From NCBI GenBank assembly GCA_046052125.1, contig JBJOMY010000006.1, positions 46,377-110,376 of the forward strand: a stretch of DNA of 64,000 nucleotides, given 5' to 3'. A program made the translations under genes and the position numbers. The notes under the pieces are model-generated. The model saw only the letters and a program-made list of their open reading frames with translations. It ran no database searches and was not told the origin of the DNA. This stretch comes from Cyanobacteriota bacterium (GTDB taxonomy: Bacteria > Cyanobacteriota > Cyanobacteriia > PCC-6307 > Cyanobiaceae). Below are positions 53,096-62,290 of the stretch, piece after piece (position 1 is the first letter of the stretch; each line of letters starts with the position of its first letter).

Positions 53096-53800
53096 ATGGC
53101 CCAAGCTCCGCCCACCACCTTGACCAGCGCCTCCTCCACCAGCCCCTCCGTTCCCGCCGCCGGCTCCAGCCCCGCCCGCTTCGCTGTGCTCGATGGCGAT
53201 CTCACGCCGGAGTGGCATGCGCTGCTCGGGGGATCGAGCGCCCTGGCGGTGGATACCGAGGCGATGGGACTCGTGCACGGGCGCGATCGCCTCTGCCTGG
53301 TGCAGATCAGCGATGAACACGACAACGTGTGCTGCATCCGCATCCTGAGGGGCCAGAGCGAAGCGCCGCTGCTCAAAGACCTGATGGAGCGCGCCGGCAT
53401 CGTGAAGGTGTTCCACTTCGCCCGCTTTGATGTGGCCGCCCTCGGCGAGGGGCTGGGCATTCAAGTGAACCCGTTGTTCTGCACCAAGGTGGCCAGCCGC
53501 CTGGCCCGCACCTACACCAATCGCCACGGGCTGAAGGAGCTGGTGAACGAGCTCTGCAGCGTGGAACTCGATAAGGGCGCCCAGAGCAGCGACTGGGGCC
53601 GCGTTGAAGAGCTGAGCGATGCGCAGCTGGCCTATGCCGCCAACGATGTGCGCTATCTGCTGGCTGCTCGCGAGCGGCTGATTCAGATGCTCGTGCGGGA
53701 GGAGCGGCTCGCGTTGGCCGAGCGCAGCTTCCAGTGCATCCCGGTGATCGCCGAGCTCGATCGGGGCCGGTTCGGGGCGATCTTCGAGCACCGCTGCTGA
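53096..53800 (+). CDS. rnd: Ribonuclease D-like 3'-5' exonuclease
   Basis: AVDTEAMGL..RDRLCLVQ, FHFARFD, QSSDWG, YAANDV. Confidence 0.9.
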   Translation: MAQAPPTTLTSASSTSPSVPAAGSSPARFAVLDGDLTPEWHALLGGSSALAVDTEAMGLVHGRDRLCLVQISDEHDNVCCIRILRGQSEAPLLKDLMERAGIVKVFHFARFDVAALGEGLGIQVNPLFCTKVASRLARTYTNRHGLKELVNELCSVELDKGAQSSDWGRVEELSDAQLAYAANDVRYLLAARERLIQMLVREERLALAERSFQCIPVIAELDRGRFGAIFEHRC

Positions 53801-53827
53801 GGCCAAGCGCCCAGGCAGCGGCCGGGC

Positions 53828-54085
53828 TCAGTCGTCGCCGAGGTAGTTGGCCTCCTCGGCCACGGCTTCCAGCAGCTCATCGAGCAGCTGGCGCGATTCA
53901 TGGCCAACCCCCTCGGCCTCAAGCAGCAGGCGCTGGGCAATCAGCATCTTGCTGGGGGTGTCGCGCACGTCCTCGCGGGCTGCCACCAGATCCACCTTGC
54001 GGCGCGCGGCGGCGATGCTGATGCTCAAGGCGCTGGCCAGCCGACCGCAGGCGATCACGTAGTCCTTGTCCTGGGGAGCTGCCAT
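53828..54085 (-). CDS. Conserved picocyanobacterial hypothetical protein (85 aa)
   Basis: MAAPQDKDYVIACGRLASALSISIAAARRKVD...LLDELLEA...NYLGDD; ATG at 54085. Confidence 0.7.
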   Translation of the reverse strand: MAAPQDKDYVIACGRLASALSISIAAARRKVDLVAAREDVRDTPSKMLIAQRLLLEAEGVGHESRQLLDELLEAVAEEANYLGDD

Positions 54086-54110
54086 GCGGACGGCGAAAGG
54101 CGTACCGCCA

Positions 54111-55358
54111 TCATCCCGCCTGGGCTGCGGCCTCCAAGAGCCGGCGCTCCACAAACGCGGCCAGGGCCTCCGCACCACCGGGCGGCCCCATCCGCCGCCG
54201 ACCAATCGAGCCCAGCTGAGCCCGCAACCGCGGCTCCTGCAGCAACACAGCCAGCCGCTCGGCCAGCTGCTGCGGTGTGCGGCACACCGCCACCGATCCC
54301 CCCAGCAGGCGGCTCTGGCGCCGGGCGAAGCCCAACTTGAACTGCGGGCCAGGCCCTGGCAGGGACAGGGCTGGCACCCCCAACCCCACCAACTGCTCGG
54401 TGGCCGTACCGGCCGCCGCCAAACCCACCTCGGCGCAGCCAGCCCAGGCGGCGAAGCGCCCCGGCCCCACCAGCAACAGCACGGCACCGCGCTGCCAGGC
54501 AGCGGCGGCCTCAACCCCAGGCGGCACCGCGGCGGCCTCGTAGCCCAAGCCTTCCAGCAACGGCGCCCACTCCGATGCAGCAGGCCTGGAACCACAGGGC
54601 GCAAGTACCAGCAGGGGCTCAGCGGCGCGGTGAAGCGCCAGGGCTTCCAGCAGCCGGCGCAGATTGCCCAGGGCCTCAGGCATGCGGCTGCCCCCCAAGA
54701 GCAGCAGGCAGCGGCGCGGCTTGAGATCCGCGGGTAGGGCCTGGGCCGTGAGCCCATCCATCATTGGATTGCCCGGCGCGAGGGCCGCCACGCCATGGCG
54801 GCGCAGGCCGCGGGCGGTGAGCGGATCACGCATGGCCACCAGCCGGCAACGGCGGCGCGCCATCAGCGCCCACTCCCAGGGATCCCATTCGCTGCCTTTG
54901 CAGCGGTGATAGCGATCCGCCAGAGCTGCCCGCCCCGGACCGCTGGCCCAGGTGTAGTCGCTCTTGGGGGTGCCGATGAAGCCGTAGGGGCCGCCGCTGC
55001 TCCAGGCGAGCAACAGCGGCAACAGATCACCCACCGCCAGCACCGGATCACCGCTGCGCCCCCAGCGCCGCACCAGCCGCCACTGGCGCCAGCTCAGGCC
55101 GAGCACGCCGGCCCACAGATCAGCGATCAGGCCTCGCAGGCTCTGATTGCTGAACCCACCGCTTGGCAAAGGCCGGCGCGGCCCCACGCGTTGCAACACT
55201 CCGGCCTGCTCAGCTGCGGCAAAAGCAGCCCCCTCCCCCACCAGAGGCAGCACGGCGATCTGCAGCTCTGGGCAACGGCGATGCAGTGCCTGCAACACGC
55301 GCAGAGCGATCAGGTCTTCCCCATGGCCGTTGCTCAGCACCAGCAAACGGCCGGGCAT
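54111..55358 (-). CDS. Lipid-A-disaccharide synthase-related GT-B protein
   Basis: LSNGHGED, LPSGGF, GTPKSDY, GNPMMD, GTATEQLVGLG, GPQF; ATG at 55358. Confidence 0.85.
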   Translation of the reverse strand: MPGRLLVLSNGHGEDLIALRVLQALHRRCPELQIAVLPLVGEGAAFAAAEQAGVLQRVGPRRPLPSGGFSNQSLRGLIADLWAGVLGLSWRQWRLVRRWGRSGDPVLAVGDLLPLLLAWSSGGPYGFIGTPKSDYTWASGPGRAALADRYHRCKGSEWDPWEWALMARRRCRLVAMRDPLTARGLRRHGVAALAPGNPMMDGLTAQALPADLKPRRCLLLLGGSRMPEALGNLRRLLEALALHRAAEPLLVLAPCGSRPAASEWAPLLEGLGYEAAAVPPGVEAAAAWQRGAVLLLVGPGRFAAWAGCAEVGLAAAGTATEQLVGLGVPALSLPGPGPQFKLGFARRQSRLLGGSVAVCRTPQQLAERLAVLLQEPRLRAQLGSIGRRRMGPPGGAEALAAFVERRLLEAAAQAG

Positions 55359-55400
55359 CCCGTGACTGATACGATCCGCCCTGGGAGTTTGCTCCCGCAA

Positions 55401-55471
55401 GGCGGCATGGCCAAGTGGTAAGGCAGAGGATTGCAAATCCTTTACCCCCAGTTCGAATCTGGGTGCCGCCT
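55401..55471 (+). tRNA. tRNA-Cys(GCA)
   Basis: GGCGGCA-TGGCCAAGTGGTAAGGC-AGAGGA-TT-GCA-AA-TCCTT...GTTCGAATC...TGCCGCCT. Confidence 0.97.
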
Positions 55472-55526
55472 CTCGTTCAACACCAAACCCGGAAGCTTGA
55501 AGGCGCCGGGTTCAGTTCAAGGCGCT

Positions 55527-56051
55527 TCAACGCAGCTGGGCCTTGAGCGTCCATGGCGGGGAGCCGGCCTGATCGGGAGCGATGGCTTCGCAGTGCAGGG
55601 CTGCCGGATCGATCCGACACGTGCCTTGCACCGGCTTGGTTTCGGGGAGGCTCTGCGCCAGCCCCCGGCCATCAAATCGGACCAGGCTGAGGGTGCTCAA
55701 GCTGAGCTGGAGAGGCTGTTTGAGGCTGCAGGCCCCGTTGCGGCAACCCATGGGTTGCTGCCCCTGCGCCAGAGCACCCACCAGTGTGAACTGAATCAGG
55801 TCACCGCGCCCGGGGCCCTGCGCCTGCACGCTGAGGCGCAGCACCTCAGGGCTGCGTTGATCCAGTTGCACGGCTTGGCAGCGCAACACTGGGGCTGCGC
55901 CGTGCTCCACCGTGCAGCTGCGGGGCCGCTGCTGCCAGCGGCCAAAGGCTTCAGCCTGTGCGGGCAGCGGTACCACCGTGATCAGTAGCCCGGCCAGGGG
56001 CGCAGCCAGGGCGGCTGCCAGCGCCCCCTGACTGCGCAGAAACCCGCCCAT
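55527..56051 (-). CDS. Hypothetical secreted protein with six cysteines
   Basis: Signal peptide ending PAQA; ATG at 56051. Confidence 0.6.
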   Translation of the reverse strand: MGGFLRSQGALAAALAAPLAGLLITVVPLPAQAEAFGRWQQRPRSCTVEHGAAPVLRCQAVQLDQRSPEVLRLSVQAQGPGRGDLIQFTLVGALAQGQQPMGCRNGACSLKQPLQLSLSTLSLVRFDGRGLAQSLPETKPVQGTCRIDPAALHCEAIAPDQAGSPPWTLKAQLR

Positions 56052-56053
56052 GG

Positions 56054-56233
56054 CTAGTAACCGGAGTCGGCCACGCACATGCCGATACACACCAAACCAT
56101 TGCTGGCGGTACGGCCGCAGTAACCGCAGAGCACGGGCTCCGGCTCCTGGCGCTCGGGCACCAGCTCGCATGGCGCTTCGGGCTGAACGGAGCCATCGGC
56201 AGCGGCCACCGCTGGAGTGGGCAGAGAATTCAC
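56054..56233 (-). CDS. Small Cys-rich protein (CxxC...CxxxC)
   Basis: C-terminal CGYCGRTASNGLVCIGMCVADSGY; start uncertain (GTG 56233 or ATG 56263). Confidence 0.6.
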   Translation of the reverse strand: MNSLPTPAVAAADGSVQPEAPCELVPERQEPEPVLCGYCGRTASNGLVCIGMCVADSGY

Positions 56234-56261
56234 CGCAGAGATGGCCCTGACTGGCTCGATC

Positions 56262-57254
56262 ATGGCAAGCGGCAGCGGACAACCCGGGATCGGGGTGGGC
56301 ACCTGGGCCTGGGGCAACCAGTTTCTCTGGGGCTATCAACCGGAACGCGACGACGACGCTCTGTCGGCCACCTTCAAGCGCTGCCTGGAGCAGGGGCTCA
56401 CCTTTTTCGATACGGCCGACTCCTACGGCACCGGCCGGCTCAATGGCCGCAGTGAAGAACTGCTGGGCCGCTTCGCCATGGCCACCCCCGAGATCGAGCG
56501 CAAGCAGCTGTGCATTGCCACCAAACTCGCCCCCTTCCCGTGGCGCCTTGGCCGCAGGGGCTACGCCCGCGCCTTCGCAGCCTCCCAGCAGCGGCTCCAG
56601 GGCCAGATGAAACGGGTGCAACTGCACTGGAGCACGGCCCGTTACGCCCCCTGGCAGGAAGGGCCGCTGCTGGATGGCCTTGCCGATCTGGTGCGCAGCG
56701 GAGCCGTGGAGAGCCTGGGGGTCTCGAATGTGGGGCCCAAACGCCTGCGGCAGCTGCACCAGCGCCTGGCCGATCAGGGGGTAGCCCTCAAGAGCCTGCA
56801 GGTGCAGCTCTCCCTGCTGGCACCGCAACCCCTGGAACCAGGAGGGGTGGCAGCGGTGTGCCGAGAGCTCAACATCGAGCTGATCGCCTACAGCCCACTG
56901 GCCTTGGGGCTGCTCAGCCGCGCCGAGACCAGTGCCGCAGAGCCAGCGCAGCGCCCCCTCACCGGAACCCGCCGCAGCCTGTTCGCACGACTCGAGCCGC
57001 AGATCCAGGCCCTACGCCAAACCATGGCGGACATCGGCAACGGGCGCCCAGGAGGGCTGGCGGCCGTGGCGCTGAACTGGTGCCGTGCCCATGGGGCTAT
57101 GCCCATTCCGGGGCTGCGCAGCAGCGCCCAGGTGGACGCCACCGCCGCCGCCCTCAGCTGGACGCTGAACGCCAGCGAGCGCGATGCCCTTGATCAGCTG
57201 GCGCAAGCCGCGGGTGCGGCGCGCATGCCAGCCAATCCCTTCCAGAGCGCCTGA
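56262..57254 (+). CDS. Aldo/keto reductase
   Basis: GVGTWAWG, FFDTADSYG, IATK, QLHW, GVSN, IAYSPLA, PIPG. Confidence 0.92.
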   Translation: MASGSGQPGIGVGTWAWGNQFLWGYQPERDDDALSATFKRCLEQGLTFFDTADSYGTGRLNGRSEELLGRFAMATPEIERKQLCIATKLAPFPWRLGRRGYARAFAASQQRLQGQMKRVQLHWSTARYAPWQEGPLLDGLADLVRSGAVESLGVSNVGPKRLRQLHQRLADQGVALKSLQVQLSLLAPQPLEPGGVAAVCRELNIELIAYSPLALGLLSRAETSAAEPAQRPLTGTRRSLFARLEPQIQALRQTMADIGNGRPGGLAAVALNWCRAHGAMPIPGLRSSAQVDATAAALSWTLNASERDALDQLAQAAGAARMPANPFQSA

Positions 57255-57935
57255 TCAGCCCTGCCCCATCTGAGGCGAAGGATCGGGCGTGAGCACCACC
57301 GGCATCCGCTCACGCTCCACAGCCACGGGTGCTTCCACAGGCCGGCTTAACGACACCAGCCGGGGGCGAGGGGGATCGAGAACGACAGGGGCCTCAGCAG
57401 GCTCTTCGGCCACATCAGGACCGTCATCACAGGCCGCCAACGCTTCCTGCAACAGCGAATCAAAAGTGGCGCCCGGCAGGCGGTGACGGGCAATCTCCAG
57501 AAAGGCCCGTGCCAGCGACTCACCAGCCGCAGCCTTCAGGGCGGGGTTGGAGCGGCGCTGCTCCTGCTCCTCTTCAACGGCGCGGATAAAGCGCTCGGTG
57601 ACATCGCGCTTGGTGGCCGCACGAATCCGGGTTTCCTGCTCCTGCGGCGAGAGCTGCAGCTGCTGCTCCAGCTCTTCAAGGCGGCGGCTGATGCTCTCAA
57701 GCACCTCGCGGGCTTCTTTCCCCACGTGGGCCAGCTGACCGTCGGAGAGCCTGGGCAGATCGGCAACGAACACCTTGCCGTGATCCCGCAGGGTCAGGAA
57801 CGTGGGACGCACACTGCTGCGGCTGGGATAGCTGTCGCGGGTGCGCACCGGCCGATTCGGGGGAATCGGACCAGCAGAACTGCGGCGACGAGTCACCCGT
57901 GTCGGGGTGTTTAAAAGCGAGCCGTTTAACGACAT
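57255..57935 (-). CDS. Conserved picocyanobacterial hypothetical protein (basic N-terminus, coiled coil)
   Basis: TRRRSSAGP...RPTFLTLRDHGKVFVADLPRLSDGQL...GATFDSLL; ATG at 57935. Confidence 0.75.
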   Translation of the reverse strand: MSLNGSLLNTPTRVTRRRSSAGPIPPNRPVRTRDSYPSRSSVRPTFLTLRDHGKVFVADLPRLSDGQLAHVGKEAREVLESISRRLEELEQQLQLSPQEQETRIRAATKRDVTERFIRAVEEEQEQRRSNPALKAAAGESLARAFLEIARHRLPGATFDSLLQEALAACDDGPDVAEEPAEAPVVLDPPRPRLVSLSRPVEAPVAVERERMPVVLTPDPSPQMGQG

Positions 57936-58146
57936 CTCAAACCTATGAAGAACTGAACCTATGAGCTGTGTTCTGCGTTGCTGCCGAGCCAGACAACGAT
58001 TGGAACCCGTGGGCCTGCGCTCGAGGCAAGACCTGCAGCGACCGGCTGATCCGATGGGCTGCGATGCCCAGACCCTAACGGCCTGAAGCGGTTTCGCCGG
58101 CCTCGCGAGCCGAGCTGATGCAATTTGCCAGCAACCTGAACCGTCT

Positions 58147-59181
58147 TCAGTACGGCAATCCCGCCAGGGGGGCATTCGGTGCAGCCCCAGCCTCCACCGC
58201 ACCGAGCAGCCAGGCCTGATGGCCCTGCTGACGGCACACCGCCAGGGCCGACTCCACCGCCGCCTCTGGCAGCACCAGGCAGAAACCCACCCCCAAATTG
58301 AAGGTGTTCCAGAGATCAGCCTCGGGCACCTCGCCGTTCTCCTGCAGCCAACGGAACAGGGCAGGGCGCTCCCAGCTGCCGGCATCAAGGCGGGCATGCA
58401 CGCCCGCTGGCAGAGCCCGGGGCAGGTTTTCGGGAAGGCCGCCGCCGGTGATGTGGGCCATGCCGTGCAGCTCAACCCCGGCGCTCAGCAGGGCCTGCAC
58501 GAGAGATACATAAAGAACAGTGGGCTCCAACAGGGCATCCAGCACCCCAGGGCCACCGGGGCTGAGGGTTGTGTCTGAGGTAACGCCGCGCATCTCAAGG
58601 ATGCGGCGCACCAAGCTGAAGCCGTTGCTGTGCACACCACTGCTGGCCACCGCCACGATGCGATCGCCGGCCTGCACCCGCGCCGGATCAATCAGCTCGT
58701 CTTCCTCCACCACCGCCACGCAAAAGCCCGCCAGGTCGTAGCGACCAGGGCCATAGAAACCGGGCATCTCGGCGGTTTCACCCCCCAGCAGGGCACAACC
58801 GCTGCGGCGACAGCCATCGGCAATGCCCTCCACCACCTCAGCCATCGCCTCGGGACTGAGCTTGCCGGTGGCGATGTAATCAAGGAAAAACAGCGGTTGA
58901 GCGCCGCTGGTGATCACATCGTTCACGCACATCGCCACCAGGTCGATGCCAACGCTGTGATGCCGGCCATGGGCCTGGGCCAGCTCCAGCTTGGTGCCCA
59001 CCCCATCCGTACCCGACACCAGCAGAGGCTTGCGCATGCCCTGGGGCAACCGGCAAAGGCCACCAAAGCCCCCTAGCCCACCGAGCACTTCCGGCCTGCG
59101 GGTCGACTCCACACTCGAGCGGATGCGCTCCACGAAGGCGCGGCCGGCCTCCACATCAACGCCTGCAGTGCGGTAGTCCAT
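58147..59181 (-). CDS. purM: Phosphoribosylformylglycinamidine cyclo-ligase
   Basis: [47 protein letters not shown]. Confidence 0.98.
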   Translation of the reverse strand: MDYRTAGVDVEAGRAFVERIRSSVESTRRPEVLGGLGGFGGLCRLPQGMRKPLLVSGTDGVGTKLELAQAHGRHHSVGIDLVAMCVNDVITSGAQPLFFLDYIATGKLSPEAMAEVVEGIADGCRRSGCALLGGETAEMPGFYGPGRYDLAGFCVAVVEEDELIDPARVQAGDRIVAVASSGVHSNGFSLVRRILEMRGVTSDTTLSPGGPGVLDALLEPTVLYVSLVQALLSAGVELHGMAHITGGGLPENLPRALPAGVHARLDAGSWERPALFRWLQENGEVPEADLWNTFNLGVGFCLVLPEAAVESALAVCRQQGHQAWLLGAVEAGAAPNAPLAGLPY

Positions 59182-59607
59182 GCCAGCAACCACTCACGAG
59201 TTGTCTTGATCCTGCCCCGGCACAGGCCAGCCGCCACACCCTCCGCCAGCCCAACCTGGGGCCAACAGCGCGATTGGCACACGCTGCAATCAGCTGCGCT
59301 TATCAAGGCAATCAGTCCATGTGATCAAACCAGCCCCTTGCAAGTCTCCAGATCCCTGCGCTAGCCCTCGATCCGCGATTTGATCGCAAATCCTGATCAA
59401 TCAAGCACCAACAGTTCCTGACCTAATCCGCAAAGCACTGCCAGTAACTTTGCGTCGTCGTCAATTCCCGATAGGAACTCTGCCAGCACTTCGTTTCAGA
59501 AACCGCTTGCAAATTCTGCTCGCACGCTTCTGAAAACGCTCTTGAGGCTGACGGGCCACACCTTTTTCCAGTGGCTGCTGCGTTGATCGCGGCGAGTTTC
59601 GCTTGTT

Positions 59608-60138
59608 ATGCGTCGCTTGTTTCTCCTTGGTGGTTCGGCCCTGCTGCTCTCCGGCAGCACTGGCATCACCCCGGCCTTCGCCACCACTGGCCGTGTCGCT
59701 GCTGCCGACAGCAGCGCCTCCCTCGAACTGGCTATCCGGAACGCGGATCCCAGCCCCGAGGCGGCCACTAGCCCAGACGAGCCCCTGCTCAAGCCAGCCG
59801 TTCCGGCGCTGCCCATCGCCACACCCCCTCAGCAGCCCCGGATCAAATCGGTGAGCCAAGGTCAAGCCAGTTGGTACGGCCCTGGATTCTTCGGCAACCG
59901 CACCGCCAGTGGTGAAGTGCTCCGCCCGGGCACCCTCACTGCCGCGCACCGCTCCCTGCCCTTCGGCACTCAGGTGCGCGTCACCAACATCGGCAACGGT
60001 CGCAGCGCCATCGTGCGGATCAACGACCGCGGTCCCTTTCACGGCCACCGCGTGATCGATCTGGCCCATGGCGCCGCCAACCAGCTGGGACTCATCTCCA
60101 GCGGCACCGCAAACGTGAAGCTGGAAGTGCTCCAATAA
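59608..60138 (+). CDS. rlpA: RlpA-family septal ring lytic transglycosylase
   Basis: GQASWYG..F.G.RTASGE, TAAHRSLPFGT, RINDRGPF, IDLA. Confidence 0.93.
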   Translation: MRRLFLLGGSALLLSGSTGITPAFATTGRVAAADSSASLELAIRNADPSPEAATSPDEPLLKPAVPALPIATPPQQPRIKSVSQGQASWYGPGFFGNRTASGEVLRPGTLTAAHRSLPFGTQVRVTNIGNGRSAIVRINDRGPFHGHRVIDLAHGAANQLGLISSGTANVKLEVLQ

Positions 60139-60162
60139 CTCGCTGCCTCAATCGAGATCAAC

Positions 60163-60193
60163 AGCCCACTGGTCACTGGCCGGTGGGCTTTTT
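60163..60193 (+). terminator. Terminator after rlpA
   Basis: agcccactgg...ccggtgggct-tttt. Confidence 0.75.
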
Positions 60194-60239
60194 GCTGACC
60201 AGGCCGGGCCGGTAGGGTCGGCCTGAATCCGGAGAGCCC

Positions 60240-61796
60240 GTGCGCCTGCTGCGCAGTTGCACCGAATTGCAGGAGTGGCGCCGGGCTCAGGGCTCCGCGC
60301 CCGTGCACTTCGTGCCCACCATGGGCGCCCTGCATCAAGGCCACTGCAGCCTGATCGAGCAGGCACGCCAGCCAACCAACTGGGCCCGAGCGGCGGTGCT
60401 GGTGAGCGTGTTCGTGAACCCGCTGCAATTCGGACCCAGCGAAGACTTCGAGCGCTACCCCCGCAACCTGCAACAGGATGCACAGCTGGCGGAAGCGGCC
60501 GGCGCCGATGCGCTGTTCGCGCCGGGCGTGGACGACCTCTATCCCGAAGGGGAAAGCAACCTCACCCGGGTTGTCCCCCCGCAATCCCTGCAGGCGGGGC
60601 TGTGCGGACGGCACAGGCCGGGCCATTTCAATGGCGTGGCCACCGTGGTGGTGCGGCTGCTCGGGCTGATCCGCCCCAGCCACATGCTGCTGGGCGAAAA
60701 AGACTGGCAACAGCTCACGATCCTCAGGCGCGTTGTCCGCGACCTGGGGTTGCCCGTGCAGGTGATCGGCTGCCGCACCCTGCGGGAAGCCGACGGCCTG
60801 GCCATGAGCTCACGCAACCGCTACCTGGATGCGGCCCAGCGCCAGCAGGCCGCGGCGCTTCCCCAGGCTCTGCACGCGGCTGCGGCGGCAGGGATTCAGC
60901 CAGAGCAGGCGGCGGCACCACTCCTGGCGGAGGTGGAACAGCAGCTGGAGCAGGCCGGGCTGGTGGTCGACTATGTAGAAGCGGTGTGTGCGCACACGCT
61001 GCAGCCCAAGGCCCAGCTCACGGGCCTCACCCTGCTAGCCGCCGCCGCCCATTGCGGCCCCAGCCGCCTGATCGATCACGTTTTTCTGATGAGCCGAGCC
61101 CCGATCGTTGCCATCGACGGCCCCGCCGGAGCCGGCAAAAGCACGGTGACCCGCGCCTTTGCCGAGCGGCTGGGGCTGATCTATCTCGACACCGGCGCCA
61201 TGTACCGGGCCGTGACCTGGCTGGTGCAGCAGAGCGGTGTGGATCCTGCCGATGGCACCGCGGTTGCTCCGCTGCTGAATGACCTCGATCTGCAGCTGAG
61301 CACAGCTGCCGCTGGCAGCCAGCGGGTGTTGGTGAACGGCCACGATGTGACCGAAGCGATCCGCTCACCGGAGGTGACGGCGCAGGTGTCGGTGGTGGCT
61401 GCCCACGGCTGCGTGCGCGAAGCCCTCACCTGCCAGCAGCAGGCCATGGGCGAGCGCGGCGGCTTGGTGGCGGAAGGCCGCGACATTGGCACCGCTGTGT
61501 TTCCGGACGCCGAGCTCAAGGTGTTTCTCACCGCCACCACGGCGGAGCGGGCCCGGCGGCGGGCCCTGGATCTGGAGCAACGGGGCTTCCCTGTGCCGGC
61601 CCTGCAGGAGCTGGAGGCCCAGATCGCCGAGCGCGACCACCTCGATTCCACCCGTGACGTGGCCCCGCTCACCCAGGCCGCTGATGCCGTGGAGCTGATC
61701 ACCGATGGCCTGAGCATCGACGCGGTGATTGATCAGCTGGTGCAGCTCTTCCGCGAGCGCGTTCCCCACGATGCCTGGCCGGAGCCGGGGGCTTAA
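60240..61796 (+). CDS. panC-cmk: Bifunctional pantoate--beta-alanine ligase / cytidylate kinase
   Basis: VPTMGALHQGH, FVNPLQF, RPGHF.GV, GLAMSSRN, then AIDGPAGAGKST, DTGAMYR, EGRDIGT. Confidence 0.96.
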   Translation: MRLLRSCTELQEWRRAQGSAPVHFVPTMGALHQGHCSLIEQARQPTNWARAAVLVSVFVNPLQFGPSEDFERYPRNLQQDAQLAEAAGADALFAPGVDDLYPEGESNLTRVVPPQSLQAGLCGRHRPGHFNGVATVVVRLLGLIRPSHMLLGEKDWQQLTILRRVVRDLGLPVQVIGCRTLREADGLAMSSRNRYLDAAQRQQAAALPQALHAAAAAGIQPEQAAAPLLAEVEQQLEQAGLVVDYVEAVCAHTLQPKAQLTGLTLLAAAAHCGPSRLIDHVFLMSRAPIVAIDGPAGAGKSTVTRAFAERLGLIYLDTGAMYRAVTWLVQQSGVDPADGTAVAPLLNDLDLQLSTAAAGSQRVLVNGHDVTEAIRSPEVTAQVSVVAAHGCVREALTCQQQAMGERGGLVAEGRDIGTAVFPDAELKVFLTATTAERARRRALDLEQRGFPVPALQELEAQIAERDHLDSTRDVAPLTQAADAVELITDGLSIDAVIDQLVQLFRERVPHDAWPEPGA

Positions 61797-62290
61797 GGGC
61801 GCCGGCCGCTCTCCTGGAGCAGGCTCTCAAGCAGGCCGGCACAGGCATCGTCGAGCAGATCGAGCACATGCTCAAAGCCCTGCTCTCCGCCGTAATAAGG
61901 GTCGGGAACGTGCGTGGCGCTGTGCTGGCGGCAGTAACTGGTCATCGGCTCAACCCGAGCCAGCCCCGGACGGTTGCCGAGCTCACGCCCTAGGGCCTTC
62001 ACGTTGCGGAGGTTGTCGTCATCCATGGTGAGGATGCGATCGAAGCTGGTGAAATCAGCCAGCTCGATCTGACGGGCGCGGCTGGGCAGATGAATGCCGC
62101 GTCGCTCAGCGGCGGCTCGCATGCGGCGATCCGCTGGGTTGCCCACATGCCAGCCGCCGGTGCCAGCGCTATCCACCACAAACTGATCCTCCAGGCCCTC
62201 GCGAGCGATGAGGTGCAGAAACACCCCCTCCGCCGCTGGTGAGCGGCAGATATTGCCCAGGCAAACAAACAAGATCCGCTGCTCAGCCAT
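61793..62290 (-). CDS. Low-molecular-weight protein tyrosine phosphatase
   Basis: VCLGNICRS, DSAGT, VPDPYYGG. Confidence 0.95.
   Translation of the reverse strand: MAEQRILFVCLGNICRSPAAEGVFLHLIAREGLEDQFVVDSAGTGGWHVGNPADRRMRAAAERRGIHLPSRARQIELADFTSFDRILTMDDDNLRNVKALGRELGNRPGLARVEPMTSYCRQHSATHVPDPYYGGEQGFEHVLDLLDDACAGLLESLLQESGRRP

Noticed and set aside
55359..55436. ORF extension of the lipid-A-synthase-related gene into tRNA-Cys
   Set aside because: Conserved protein start fits ATG 55358; the extension runs antisense into the tRNA
60240..61796. panC-cmk fusion
   Set aside because: Well-known cyanobacterial fusion, not novel
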